In this document: piece by piece, positions 21,336 through 29,318 of the stretch
Layout: each line of letters starts with the position of its first letter
Numbering within the stretch: the first letter of the stretch is position 1
From: Candidatus Binatia bacterium
Lineage (GTDB): Bacteria > Desulfobacterota > Binatia > UBA9968 > JAJDTQ01
NCBI GenBank assembly: GCA_022823055.1
Contig: JAJDXX010000235.1
Location: 1,308 to 65,307 of the forward strand
DNA: 64,000 bases
Reading direction: 5' to 3'
Notes under the pieces: generated by a model
What the model saw: the letters and a program-made list of their open reading frames with translations, nothing else
Database searches by the model: none
What the model was told of the DNA's origin: nothing
Translations under genes and position numbers: made by a program

Positions 21336-21409
21336 CACTCCTTCCCTCTTCCCGTTCCAACCCCGCCGCCGGGCTCCCTGGTGGCCCTGCGTCACGGCGT
21401 CCATCGCCG

Positions 21410-21709
21410 TTACTGCATGGCCCGGGCGATGTCGTAGAGCGATTGCACGAGGAAGGCGCGCAGGAACCACAGGATCAGCAGGGCCACGACAGGCGACATG
21501 TCGATGCCGCCGAAGGCCATGGGGAGGGTTTGCCTCAGCCGGTACAGCACCGGATCGGTGAGGTTGCAGAGCATGCGCACGATGGGGTTGTAGGGATCGG
21601 CGTTGACCCAGGAAATCACCGCGCGCGCGATGATCACCCACACGTAGAGGGTGATCACCAGGTTGAGGAGGCCCGCGATGGCCTCGATGAAATTACCCGC
21701 GACGAACAT
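21410..21709 (-). CDS. YggT family membrane protein
   Basis: 99 aa. ...LYVWVIIARAVISWVNADPYNPIVRMLCNLTDPVLYRLR... (YGGT repeat). Lies downstream of yggS, as usual. Confidence 0.85.
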   Translation of the reverse strand: MFVAGNFIEAIAGLLNLVITLYVWVIIARAVISWVNADPYNPIVRMLCNLTDPVLYRLRQTLPMAFGGIDMSPVVALLILWFLRAFLVQSLYDIARAMQ

Positions 21710-21715
21710 CTTCCA

Positions 21716-22438
21716 TCAGCCTCGTTCGTTGTTGTTGTCGGCTCGGTTTCGGCCGCGCGGTCCGAACAGCGCGGTCCCGACCCGTACCAGCGTCGACCCC
21801 TCCGCCACCGCCACCTCGTAGTCGTGCGTCATCCCCATGGAAAGCTCGTTCGGGAGCACATGGGGCAGTCCCAGGTCCGTGACCGCGTCGCGCAACTCCC
21901 GCAGCCGGCGAAAATGGGGCCGGCTCGCCTCCGGGTCCTCCGCCAAGGGCGGCACCGTCATCAGCCCCTTGACGCGGACGCGTTCAAGGCGCGACACCTC
22001 GCGCAGCAAGGGAACCAGGCCCTCCTCGGATACCCCAGACTTGGTGACCTCTCCGGCAAGGTTCACCTCCACCATCACGTCGATGTCCCGGTCCCGCTCG
22101 CGCCCCACCCGGTCGAGCGCCTGCGCGAGCCGGAGCTTGTCCAGAGTTTCAATCACCGCGAACAGGCCCGCGGCGGCGCGTGCCTTGTTGCGCTGAAGGT
22201 GTCCGATCAGGTGCCACTCGGCGGCGTCCCCGAGGATCTCCTTCTTGGCCTGGGCTTCCTGGACGTAGTTCTCGCCCACGAGGCGTACGCCCGCTTCCAC
22301 CGCGGCGCGCACCGCGGCGGCGCTCTGGGTCTTGGCGGCGGCGAGTAGCCTGACTTCGCTAGGGTCCCTGCCGCTCCGCTCCGCCGCGGCCGCGATGCCC
22401 TCCATGACCCGTTTGCAGTTGCCGGCGATGTCCACCAT
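21716..22438 (-). CDS. yggS: YggS-family pyridoxal-phosphate homeostasis protein
   Basis: 240 aa. ...VRLLAAAKTQSAAAV... (PLP Lys), ...HLIGHLQRNK..., ...LSMGMTHDYEVAV... Confidence 0.9.
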   Translation of the reverse strand: MVDIAGNCKRVMEGIAAAAERSGRDPSEVRLLAAAKTQSAAAVRAAVEAGVRLVGENYVQEAQAKKEILGDAAEWHLIGHLQRNKARAAAGLFAVIETLDKLRLAQALDRVGRERDRDIDVMVEVNLAGEVTKSGVSEEGLVPLLREVSRLERVRVKGLMTVPPLAEDPEASRPHFRRLRELRDAVTDLGLPHVLPNELSMGMTHDYEVAVAEGSTLVRVGTALFGPRGRNRADNNNERG

Positions 22439-22567
22439 TGGCCGGTTTCCCTGGAGACCGTTCCCCGAAGAGCCCTCCGTCGTTGGCGCAGACCCCAGTC
22501 GAGTATACCACAGCGTCGGAGGGAATGAATCGAGACCGGTCGAACCGGTCCTTGGCGGATGGTCTGC

Positions 22568-22596
22568 TTACCCCAGGGCGAACGTATTGCTATAAT
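22568..22596 (+). promoter_or_regulatory. Putative sigma70-type promoter of the transglycosylase gene (TTACCC-17 nt-TGcTATAAT)
   Basis: Extended -10 TGCTATAAT (22588-22596) in an AT-rich patch 17 nt upstream of ATG 22614. Weak -35 at 17-nt spacing. Motif reading only. Confidence 0.35.
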
Positions 22597-22613
22597 TTGC
22601 GAAACATCGTGGC

Positions 22614-24662
22614 ATGAAAATGAAAATCCGCACTTGCGCCGCCGCCTGGTTCCTCCTGTTCGGCCTCTGGGGGTCTTCGGTACACGGCCGGACGGGCACG
22701 GAAACGGAGTTCGCCCGGGCCTACCGACACTACGCGGGCGGCGAGCACGCCGCCGCGGAACCGCTCTTCCGGAAGGCACTGTCCGATGACGCATTCGTGC
22801 TCGGGGACTACGCCCTCTACTTCCTCGGACGCATCGCCGCCGACGCCCACCGGCACGGGGAAGCCCGGCGCCGTTTCACCGAGTTGAGGCAGGCGCATCC
22901 CCACAGCGTCTGGGCCATCGAGGCATCCTTCGAACTGATCGACCTCGATCTGGCCCAGGGAGGGCACAAGGCAGCCGCGCAACGGGCCGGTGCGATCAGG
23001 AAAACCGCGCGCGGAAAGGAGACTCGGGCCAGGGCCGCCCACAGCCTTGCGCGCGCGCGCGAAGCCGCAGGCCGGGATTCCGCGGCGTACGCCCTCTACC
23101 AGGAGGCGCGCCGGCGCGCGCCGCGCACTCCCTGGAGCAGCCGCGCGAAGCAGCGGGTCCGGGAGCTCCGCCGCAAGCACCCGCGTCAACTCGGGTTGAA
23201 GAACGGCCAGGAGATGCTGCGGGAAGCCCGGCAGCTCGAACGCGAACGGGACTACGAAGCGGCGGCCGACCTCTACCGGCGCATCCTGCGCGAAACCAAC
23301 TACCGCCGGCTGTCCCTCGAAGGCTTGTCCGACGTGTACCGGAAACTGCGTCTGCGGGCGGAGGAAGAAGAGGTCCTGCGCCGGTACGTGCGGCACTATC
23401 CGAAACGCGATCGCGCGGGGGCGGCGCTGACGCGCATCGCCACCATCCAGTGGAACCGCAACGACGACACGGAAGCGTTGAAGACGCTCCGGAAATTCAT
23501 GAAGAAGTATCCCGGCCATCTTCATCGACGTTACGCAATCTACGTGACCGGGCGCATCCGCGAGTCCATGGGCCGGTGGCAGGCGGCGGCCCGCACCTAC
23601 CGGCAACTCTTCGCCAAGGAGCACCGCTACAGCCGGTTCCGAGGCGACGCGGCGTGGCGCCTGGCATGGATGCAGTACCTTCGCGCCGACTACCGCGCGG
23701 CCCGGGAAACCTTCCGCGACATCGCCGGCAGGCGCGGCAACTTCCGGCTAGCCGCCGTCTTCTGGGAGGCGCGCACCACCGAGCGGCTCAAGGACGGCGC
23801 CGGCGCCCGGCGGCTGTACCGCCAGGTCGTCAAGAGAGACGCCGGGTCCTACTACGCGATCCTGGCGTCCCGGCGGCTCGCGGAGCTCGGCGAAGCCCTG
23901 CCCGAGCCATCCTCCGCCGCACGGCGCGGGCCGGCGGAGCGCGCTCCCACCCTGGGCGAGCGCGCCAGGTTTCACCTTGCGCGCGCACGCGCGCTGGCGC
24001 GCATCGGCCTGAACCAGCTTGCGCACGCCGAGATCGACCGGGTCCGCCGGCATTCGAAGCGCACGAAGGGCCTCAGGCTTCTGCTCATGCGCGAGTACGC
24101 ACGTACCCACGCTCATCATCGAAGCCTCTCGCTGGCGGTGCAGTCGCCATCATCCCCCGAGGTGCTGCGGCTCCGGTATCCGCTGGCCCACTGGGATGCG
24201 GTGCGGCGGCACGCGACCGAGAACGGGCTCGACCCTTACCTGGTGTTGTCGCTGATGCGGCAGGAGAGCCTGTTCAGGCCGCGGGCCGTGTCCCCCGCCA
24301 ACGCGTTGGGGCTCATGCAAATGCTTCACGAAACCGCGCGCGCCGAGGCGTCGAAGATGGGGCTTTCGGAACCCGACGCCCGCGACCTTTTCGATCCGGA
24401 ACTGAACATCCGGCTCGGCGCCCACCACCTCAAGGGGTTGCTGGAAGACTACGACCAGAGCCACGCCAAGGCGCTGGCGGCCTACAATGCCGGCAAGGAA
24501 GCGGTGGAACGCTGGGCGCGGGATCTGGAAGACGCCGACGACGTGGAGTTCATCGAGCGCATCTCCTACCGGGAAACGCGCCGTTACGTGAAGGCCGTGC
24601 TGCGCAACTACCATGCGTACCGCACCCTTTACGGCGACACGCCGCCTGCAGACCGTTCCTAG
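22614..24662 (+). CDS. slt: Soluble lytic murein transglycosylase (superhelical TPR-like N-domain + SLT domain), secreted
   Basis: Signal peptide MKMKIRTCAAAWFLLFGLWGSSVHG. C-terminal ...LSLMRQESLFRPRAVSPANALGLMQML...AAYNAG... (goose-type lysozyme SLT motifs). Confidence 0.85.
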   Translation: MKMKIRTCAAAWFLLFGLWGSSVHGRTGTETEFARAYRHYAGGEHAAAEPLFRKALSDDAFVLGDYALYFLGRIAADAHRHGEARRRFTELRQAHPHSVWAIEASFELIDLDLAQGGHKAAAQRAGAIRKTARGKETRARAAHSLARAREAAGRDSAAYALYQEARRRAPRTPWSSRAKQRVRELRRKHPRQLGLKNGQEMLREARQLERERDYEAAADLYRRILRETNYRRLSLEGLSDVYRKLRLRAEEEEVLRRYVRHYPKRDRAGAALTRIATIQWNRNDDTEALKTLRKFMKKYPGHLHRRYAIYVTGRIRESMGRWQAAARTYRQLFAKEHRYSRFRGDAAWRLAWMQYLRADYRAARETFRDIAGRRGNFRLAAVFWEARTTERLKDGAGARRLYRQVVKRDAGSYYAILASRRLAELGEALPEPSSAARRGPAERAPTLGERARFHLARARALARIGLNQLAHAEIDRVRRHSKRTKGLRLLLMREYARTHAHHRSLSLAVQSPSSPEVLRLRYPLAHWDAVRRHATENGLDPYLVLSLMRQESLFRPRAVSPANALGLMQMLHETARAEASKMGLSEPDARDLFDPELNIRLGAHHLKGLLEDYDQSHAKALAAYNAGKEAVERWARDLEDADDVEFIERISYRETRRYVKAVLRNYHAYRTLYGDTPPADRS

Positions 24663-24706
24663 CAGGGTGTCTGGCTGATGCCGACGGGGCGCTCGTGCGG
24701 CCCGCG

Positions 24707-24735
24707 TTGGACAAATCCCGGCGGTTCTCTATATT
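24707..24735 (+). promoter_or_regulatory. Putative promoter of egtD (TTGGAC-17 nt-TATATT), giving a leaderless or near-leaderless mRNA
   Basis: -35 at 24707-24712, 17-nt spacer, -10 at 24730-24735. Only 6 nt (gggccg) and no SD lie before ATG 24742. Confidence 0.45.
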
Positions 24736-24741
24736 GGGCCG

Positions 24742-25782
24742 ATGCAACGCGAACACAAGGAGATCATCTCCGCGGAGGACCGCACCACCTGGGCCGTCAC
24801 CGGTCCGGCGATCCTGACCCCGCGGGAGCGCGGGTCGGACCAAGCGGCCGCCAGCATGGTGCGCACCCTGTTCGACCGCCCGCGCTGGCTCGAACCCTGC
24901 CACCTCTACGACGAAAAGGGCTCGCTCCTGTTCGAGGACATCTGCGAGCTGCCGGAGTACTATCCGACCCGCACCGAAGCCGCGATCCTCGAACGCGAGG
25001 CCGGCGCGCTCATGAGCCTGGCGCCGGTGGAGTGCATCGTGGAGCTGGGCGCCGGCTTCTCCAAGAAGACCGTCCATATCCTGAAGGCGCTCACCAACGC
25101 GCGCGGCCGCGGCACCTTCGCCCCGGTGGACGTGAGCAACACCGCGCTCATGGCGTCCAAGCGCATGGCCGAGGAGCTGTTCCCGGAGTTGGCCTTCACC
25201 GGAATCGAGGCGCGCTTCGAGGACGCCATCACCAGCATCACCCGTGAGATCCCCAAGCTCGTGGTGTTCCTGGGCAGCACCATCGGCAACTTCACCCCCA
25301 CGGACATGCTGCACTTCTTCAGCCACCTCACCGAAAACATGGGGCCTGAAGATTATCTCCTGCTGGGGGTGGACCGGATCAAGGACCCGGCCATCATCGA
25401 GCCCGCCTACGACGACTCCCGCGGCACCACCGCCGCCTTCATCCTCAACGGATTCCACAACGTCAACCGCGTCACCGGCGCCAACTTCCGGTTGGAAAAG
25501 ATCGCCTTCCGGAGCCGCTACAACCACAAGCGCGCCCAAGTGGAGATGTGCGGCATCGCACGGGAAACCCACAAGGTGGAGTTTCCGCGCCAGTCCGCGT
25601 CGTTCGTCTGGGAGAAGGACGAAGCGATCCTGATGGAGACCAGCCGCAAGTTCGACCCGGAGGACCTGCAGGTGCAGCTCCGCTGCTTCGGGCTCGAAAC
25701 CCTGGGCCACTGGACCGACCCGGAACAATGGTTCTCGTTGCTCCTGTTCCGGCGCAACGCGCCCTCCGCAGAGTCGCCATGA
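24742..25782 (+). CDS. egtD: L-histidine N-alpha-methyltransferase (hercynine synthase, EgtD family)
   Basis: 346 aa. ...LYDEKGSLLFEDICELPEYYPTRTEAAIL..., ...VELGAGFSKKT..., ...VFLGSTIGNF..., ...ILNGFHNVNR... match the EgtD/DUF2260 methyltransferase family. Confidence 0.85.
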   Translation: MQREHKEIISAEDRTTWAVTGPAILTPRERGSDQAAASMVRTLFDRPRWLEPCHLYDEKGSLLFEDICELPEYYPTRTEAAILEREAGALMSLAPVECIVELGAGFSKKTVHILKALTNARGRGTFAPVDVSNTALMASKRMAEELFPELAFTGIEARFEDAITSITREIPKLVVFLGSTIGNFTPTDMLHFFSHLTENMGPEDYLLLGVDRIKDPAIIEPAYDDSRGTTAAFILNGFHNVNRVTGANFRLEKIAFRSRYNHKRAQVEMCGIARETHKVEFPRQSASFVWEKDEAILMETSRKFDPEDLQVQLRCFGLETLGHWTDPEQWFSLLLFRRNAPSAESP

Positions 25783-27095
25783 TGAAGAAAGTCCCGGACA
25801 AGACGCCGGCCTACGATCTCAGGGACGCGGGCTTCTGGGACGAGCAGGACCTGCGCTCGGAGGTGGAGCGCGTCTTCCACCTGTGCGCCGAGTGCCGGCT
25901 GTGCGTGAAGTTCTGCGGCAGCTTCCCCAAGCTCTTCGACGCCATCGACTCCTACTGCACCGAAGAGGAGTTCGCGGAAGTGGACTCCACCAAGCTCAAG
26001 GCCGAGGACGTGGACGAGGTCGTAGACCTGTGTTTCCAGTGCAAGCTGTGCAACATCAACTGCCCCTACACGCCCGGCGACCACGACTGGGCCATCGACT
26101 TCCCACGGCTGATGGCGCGGGCCAAGGCCCAGCACGTGAAGAAGCACGGGGTGCCGTTCACGGACCGCATGCTCGCGAAACCGGACCTCGTGGGCAAGCT
26201 GGGCTCCGCCACCGCGCCCATGGCCAACTGGGCCAACGAGAACCGCGTGCACCGGCTGTTCATGCAGGGCGCCCTGGGCGTGCACAAGGACAAGAAGCTG
26301 CCGCCGTTCGCGTGGAAGACCTTCGCCTCCCGGTACCGTTCGGCGTACAAGCCGCCGGCGGGCGAGCCCGTGGCCAAGGTGGCCTATTTCGCCACCTGCT
26401 TCGTCAACTACAACGAACCGGGCATCGGCACGGACCTGCTGGAAGTCATGGCACGGAACGGGGTGGACGTGGTGCTCGCCTACCGGGAATGCTGCGGCAT
26501 GCCGGCGTGGCACAACGGCGACCTGGACGAGGCCAAAGCCCAGGCGCAACGGAACGTGGATCTGCTGGCGCCCTTCGTGGCCGAGGGGCGGACCGTCATC
26601 GCCACCAACCCCACGTGCTCGCTGACCATGAGCGACGAGTACCCGCGCCTGCTGGACACCCAGGAAGCCCGGGACGTGGCCGCGCACACCACTGACCCCA
26701 CGGCGTTCCTCGCCTCCCTCCACGCCGAGGGCAAGCTCAACCGCGACTTCAAGACCGGCCCCGGCAAGGTGGCCTACCACATGCCCTGCCACCTGCGGGC
26801 ACAGCGGCTGGGCAACCGCACAGCCACGCTGCTGTCCCTGCTGCCCGATACCGAGGTCCGGACCGTCCAGGCCTGCTCGGGACACGACGGCACCTGGGCC
26901 ATGAAGCGGGAGAACTTCGAAGCCTCTATGCGCTGGGGGCGGCAGGCGTTCCGCGGCATCGACGAGGCCGACGCCGCGGTGGCATGCTCCGACTGCCCGC
27001 TGGCCGCCATCCAGATCGAGCAGGCCACCGGCAAGCACCCGCTCAACCCCATGCAGATCCTGGCCAAGAGCTACCGCGGGGAAGACGACTGGTAA
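25779..27095 (+). CDS. (Fe-S)-binding protein, HdrD/GlpC-like (two ferredoxin-type 4Fe-4S motifs + Cys-rich CCG-type half)
   Basis: Inner start MMKKVPDKTPAYDL... ATG 25779 overlaps the egtD stop (ATGA). CAECRLCVKFC and CFQCKLCNINCPY motifs. C-terminal Cys-rich repeats ...YFATCFVNY...RECCGMP...YHMPCHL...ACSGHDG... Confidence 0.8.
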   Translation: MMKKVPDKTPAYDLRDAGFWDEQDLRSEVERVFHLCAECRLCVKFCGSFPKLFDAIDSYCTEEEFAEVDSTKLKAEDVDEVVDLCFQCKLCNINCPYTPGDHDWAIDFPRLMARAKAQHVKKHGVPFTDRMLAKPDLVGKLGSATAPMANWANENRVHRLFMQGALGVHKDKKLPPFAWKTFASRYRSAYKPPAGEPVAKVAYFATCFVNYNEPGIGTDLLEVMARNGVDVVLAYRECCGMPAWHNGDLDEAKAQAQRNVDLLAPFVAEGRTVIATNPTCSLTMSDEYPRLLDTQEARDVAAHTTDPTAFLASLHAEGKLNRDFKTGPGKVAYHMPCHLRAQRLGNRTATLLSLLPDTEVRTVQACSGHDGTWAMKRENFEASMRWGRQAFRGIDEADAAVACSDCPLAAIQIEQATGKHPLNPMQILAKSYRGEDDW

Positions 27096-27237
27096 CCGTG
27101 GTCCCGGCACCCATCCCGCGCTGGGGCCATGTCCTGCATCACGATGGCCGCGATCAAGGCACAACAGCAAGTAGAGTAGAACAGGGGGCGGGTGTGGCTT
27201 AAACAGGACCCTGGCGACATGATCCATGACCCCGGAA

Positions 27238-27286
27238 TACACCTTAACTCCGCAGCCAGCCTGTCCAAGAAACCAGGATCACCTCA
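27238..27286 (+). mobile_element. Solo IS3-family terminal inverted repeat (right-end copy), no transposase attached
   Basis: 48/51 identical to 38327-38377, which follows an IS3 transposase C-terminal remnant. Its reverse complement TGAGGTGATCCTGGTTTCTTGGACAGGC... begins with TG, as IS3-family IRs do. Confidence 0.55.
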
Positions 27287-27367
27287 GTTCCAAACCCTCC
27301 GGCAGAAGGCCGGTCTTCCGCAGCGGTAACGCGTCACCCAAGGCCATTCTGTTCAGCCGGTGGGCGC

Positions 27368-28140
27368 CTACCAATCCGCCGGTTTGACTATCTCTGTTCC
27401 CGGCAGCGAATCGGGAAACTGCGCCGCCCGCAGCATCGCTGGACGGATGTGGCGTACATGGCTCGCGGCGTTCCGCAACTGTGAAGCGATCTGCCACCGG
27501 CCCGGACAGGCGACGAAGATCGGGCGTTTCAACTCCCCGGTGACCATACGGATCGGCACCACCAAGTCCGTGTCATTCGACACGACCACTGCTGCATCGA
27601 CAGGTCCTTCCACGCGTCGTTTAGCAGGTGGGCCGCAAGATTCACGTCCGAGCCCTTCTCCTCCATGGTGTGGAACTCCGCGATCACGGCGTCCGGGATG
27701 GGTATCTTTATCCCGCGACCGCTGCCCTCGCGTCCCCCACGTCTGTCGGGATAGACGCCCACCGGTAGTGTCTGGAGTCGATCCCCGAGCACCCGGTGGT
27801 CGCCTTCGGGCAGCGTGACCGGCCGAGGCGCATCAATCCGTCTGCCGGCGACCGGGAGGTTGGCGAGGGGACGCCACGCGGTCTTGGCCAGGAAACGCCC
27901 GTAGTGAATTTCAACTTCAGGCAGGGTGACAAGCGCCTTGAGGTAGAGCTGCTGACGAGCCGGCGCCTGTGGATCGAGTTTCCCGGAAACACGCGCCGTG
28001 AAGTAGCAGAGCCGGTCGATCGTGCACTCGCGGGGAAGCAGGAGGGCGGTTAGCTTGACCGGATCGAGCCACCTGAAGGGTGTCCCCTTGAGGGCTCCGT
28101 AGTACAGGTTGAAGCCATCGACATAGACCCTCGTCCTCAT
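27368..28140 (-). pseudogene. NYN (LabA/PIN-like) domain protein, interrupted by a 1-nt frameshift near 27598-27606
   Basis: N-part MRTRVYVDGFNLYYGALKG...EEKGSDVNLAAHLLNDAWKD (track ORF 27529..28152) continues in another frame as ...VDAAVVVSNDTDLVVPIRMV...AAQFPDSLPG...KPADW (track ORF 27368..27613). Confidence 0.75.
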
Positions 28141-28150
28141 GTCCGTCCCC

Positions 28151-28186
28151 AAAAAAGCAAGGGCCGCTCTCTTGGAGCAGCCCTTG
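28151..28186 (-). terminator. Rho-independent terminator (minus strand)
   Basis: Minus-strand reading CAAGGGCTGCTC-caaga-GAGCGGCCCTTG followed by CTTTTTT. 12-bp stem with one mismatch. Located between the low-GC segment and the NYN gene. Confidence 0.6.
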
Positions 28187-28537
28187 AGCCGACAGCACGC
28201 TGCCGGCGGGTAATTGCGATAACCTTACAACCATTCCGCCCAGCCGGCAAGCGGATATCCCGTCCGGCGTCCGTGCATAACGGGCCACGTCATGCTCGAT
28301 GTGCTGGTCAACATTGCCTTGTTGGTCAAGCAGGTCGGTAACGTACAAGAGCTAATGTCCTCGTGCACTACACGTCCAACCAGTTCGAAGAGTCTTAGAT
28401 CCGCAGGGAGGTCGGATAGGGTCATTTCTAGCCGTTCTTCTTTCGACAGCAGGTCAGGACGAATGAATTCTACCAGCGTGGCCAGATGGCCAGTACCGGT
28501 GGCCTAAGGAGCATGTTCGAGAGACGGAACCGAGCGC

Positions 28538-28828
28538 CTATGAGTAGTTCACGGCTCGCTGAGCATGCTCCCGAAGCACGCGGTTGATCTCGGTCTGGTA
28601 CCCGCGCCCTCCTGGGGCGTTTGCCCTGAACCATGCCAACACGTCGGCATCCAATCTCAGGGTGATCTGTTGTTTCACCGGCCGGTAGAGCATGCCGCGC
28701 CTGGCTCCGGACCAGTCGAGAATCTCGGGTATGTCGGTTGTATCGATCTTCTCCTCCGGAAGGTTCGCAAGTGCTTTGATCTCCGCCTTCTGCTCCTTTT
28801 CAGGTGCTCTAGAAGTCGCCTTCTTCAT
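28538..28828 (-). CDS. brnA: BrnA antitoxin (RHH/CopG-like) of the BrnT/BrnA type II TA system
   Basis: Inner start MKKATSRAPEKEQK... with AAGGGGAG SD. ...DIPEILDWSGARRGMLYRPVKQQITLRLDADVLAWFRA...GYQTEINRVLRE... is typical BrnA. Overlaps the brnT 3' end by 20 nt. Confidence 0.8.
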   Translation of the reverse strand: MKKATSRAPEKEQKAEIKALANLPEEKIDTTDIPEILDWSGARRGMLYRPVKQQITLRLDADVLAWFRANAPGGRGYQTEINRVLREHAQRAVNYS

Positions 28829-29099
28829 AGGCTCCCCTTTCGTGGGCGGTCGCTTTCCGGGCACTGATGATGCGACCCACTTCGATGCCGGTCCCACGTT
28901 CCGCCCTGGGCCAGGTGTGTGCCACGATCACGACCACGTTGCCTACCATGCCGATGGTGTGCCAGCGTTCCTCGTCTGTATTCGGATCCGGCCGGTGGGC
29001 TGCCAAAGGATCTTCGAACACCAGCTTGGCAGTGTCGAAGCCGAGCCCGTGCTTTCGCCTGTTGGCTTGGCTCTTGTCTTCGTCCCATGTCCAGTGCAA
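28809..29099 (-). CDS. brnT: BrnT toxin (DUF497 ribonuclease)
   Basis: 96 aa, TTG start. WTWDEDKSQANRRKHGLGFDTAKLVFEDPLA...RWHTIGMVGNVVVIVAHTW...IISARKATAHERGAYEE matches the BrnT/DUF497 pattern. Confidence 0.85.
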   Translation of the reverse strand: MHWTWDEDKSQANRRKHGLGFDTAKLVFEDPLAAHRPDPNTDEERWHTIGMVGNVVVIVAHTWPRAERGTGIEVGRIISARKATAHERGAYEEGDF

Positions 29100-29112
29100 C
29101 GGTCAGGTCCAG

Positions 29113-29126
29113 ACTGTAACTACAGT
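29113..29126. promoter_or_regulatory. Palindrome ACTGTA-AC-TACAGT in the AT-rich brnTA upstream region (candidate BrnA operator)
   Basis: Perfect 6-bp arms 14-27 nt upstream of the brnT TTG start. The surrounding ~50 bp are markedly AT-rich (gtatgatagctacaat). Function inferred only. Confidence 0.3.
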
Positions 29127-29318
29127 ATGATAGCTACAATCGAGCTTCTCGTCAACCGGTGCCGGCTTCGCTGGTTGGTCGAGGAGGTGGCTGGTTGGGG
29201 ATAACGAGGAGCACAGGCAGATTGCTCGGCAGAGTGTTATAGTTGCAGGACATACGCTACGCGGCTAGGTTTGAAACCCGCCCGCACCGGCGACCGATGG
29301 AATCTGCGAGGATGCCCC

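Noticed and set aside
21249-21410. Genomic island or integrase at the tRNA-Leu gene
   Set aside because: No integrase, no direct repeat of the tRNA 3' end and no compositional shift. The next genes are core yggT/yggS.
27201-27212. 12-nt match AAACAGGACCCT shared with about 43091-43102
   Set aside because: A 12-mer match is expected by chance many times in 64 kb. The flanks do not align.
25518-27242. 574-aa minus-strand ORF
   Set aside because: Antisense to the CCG-domain Fe-S protein gene, whose Cys motifs are unambiguous on the plus strand.
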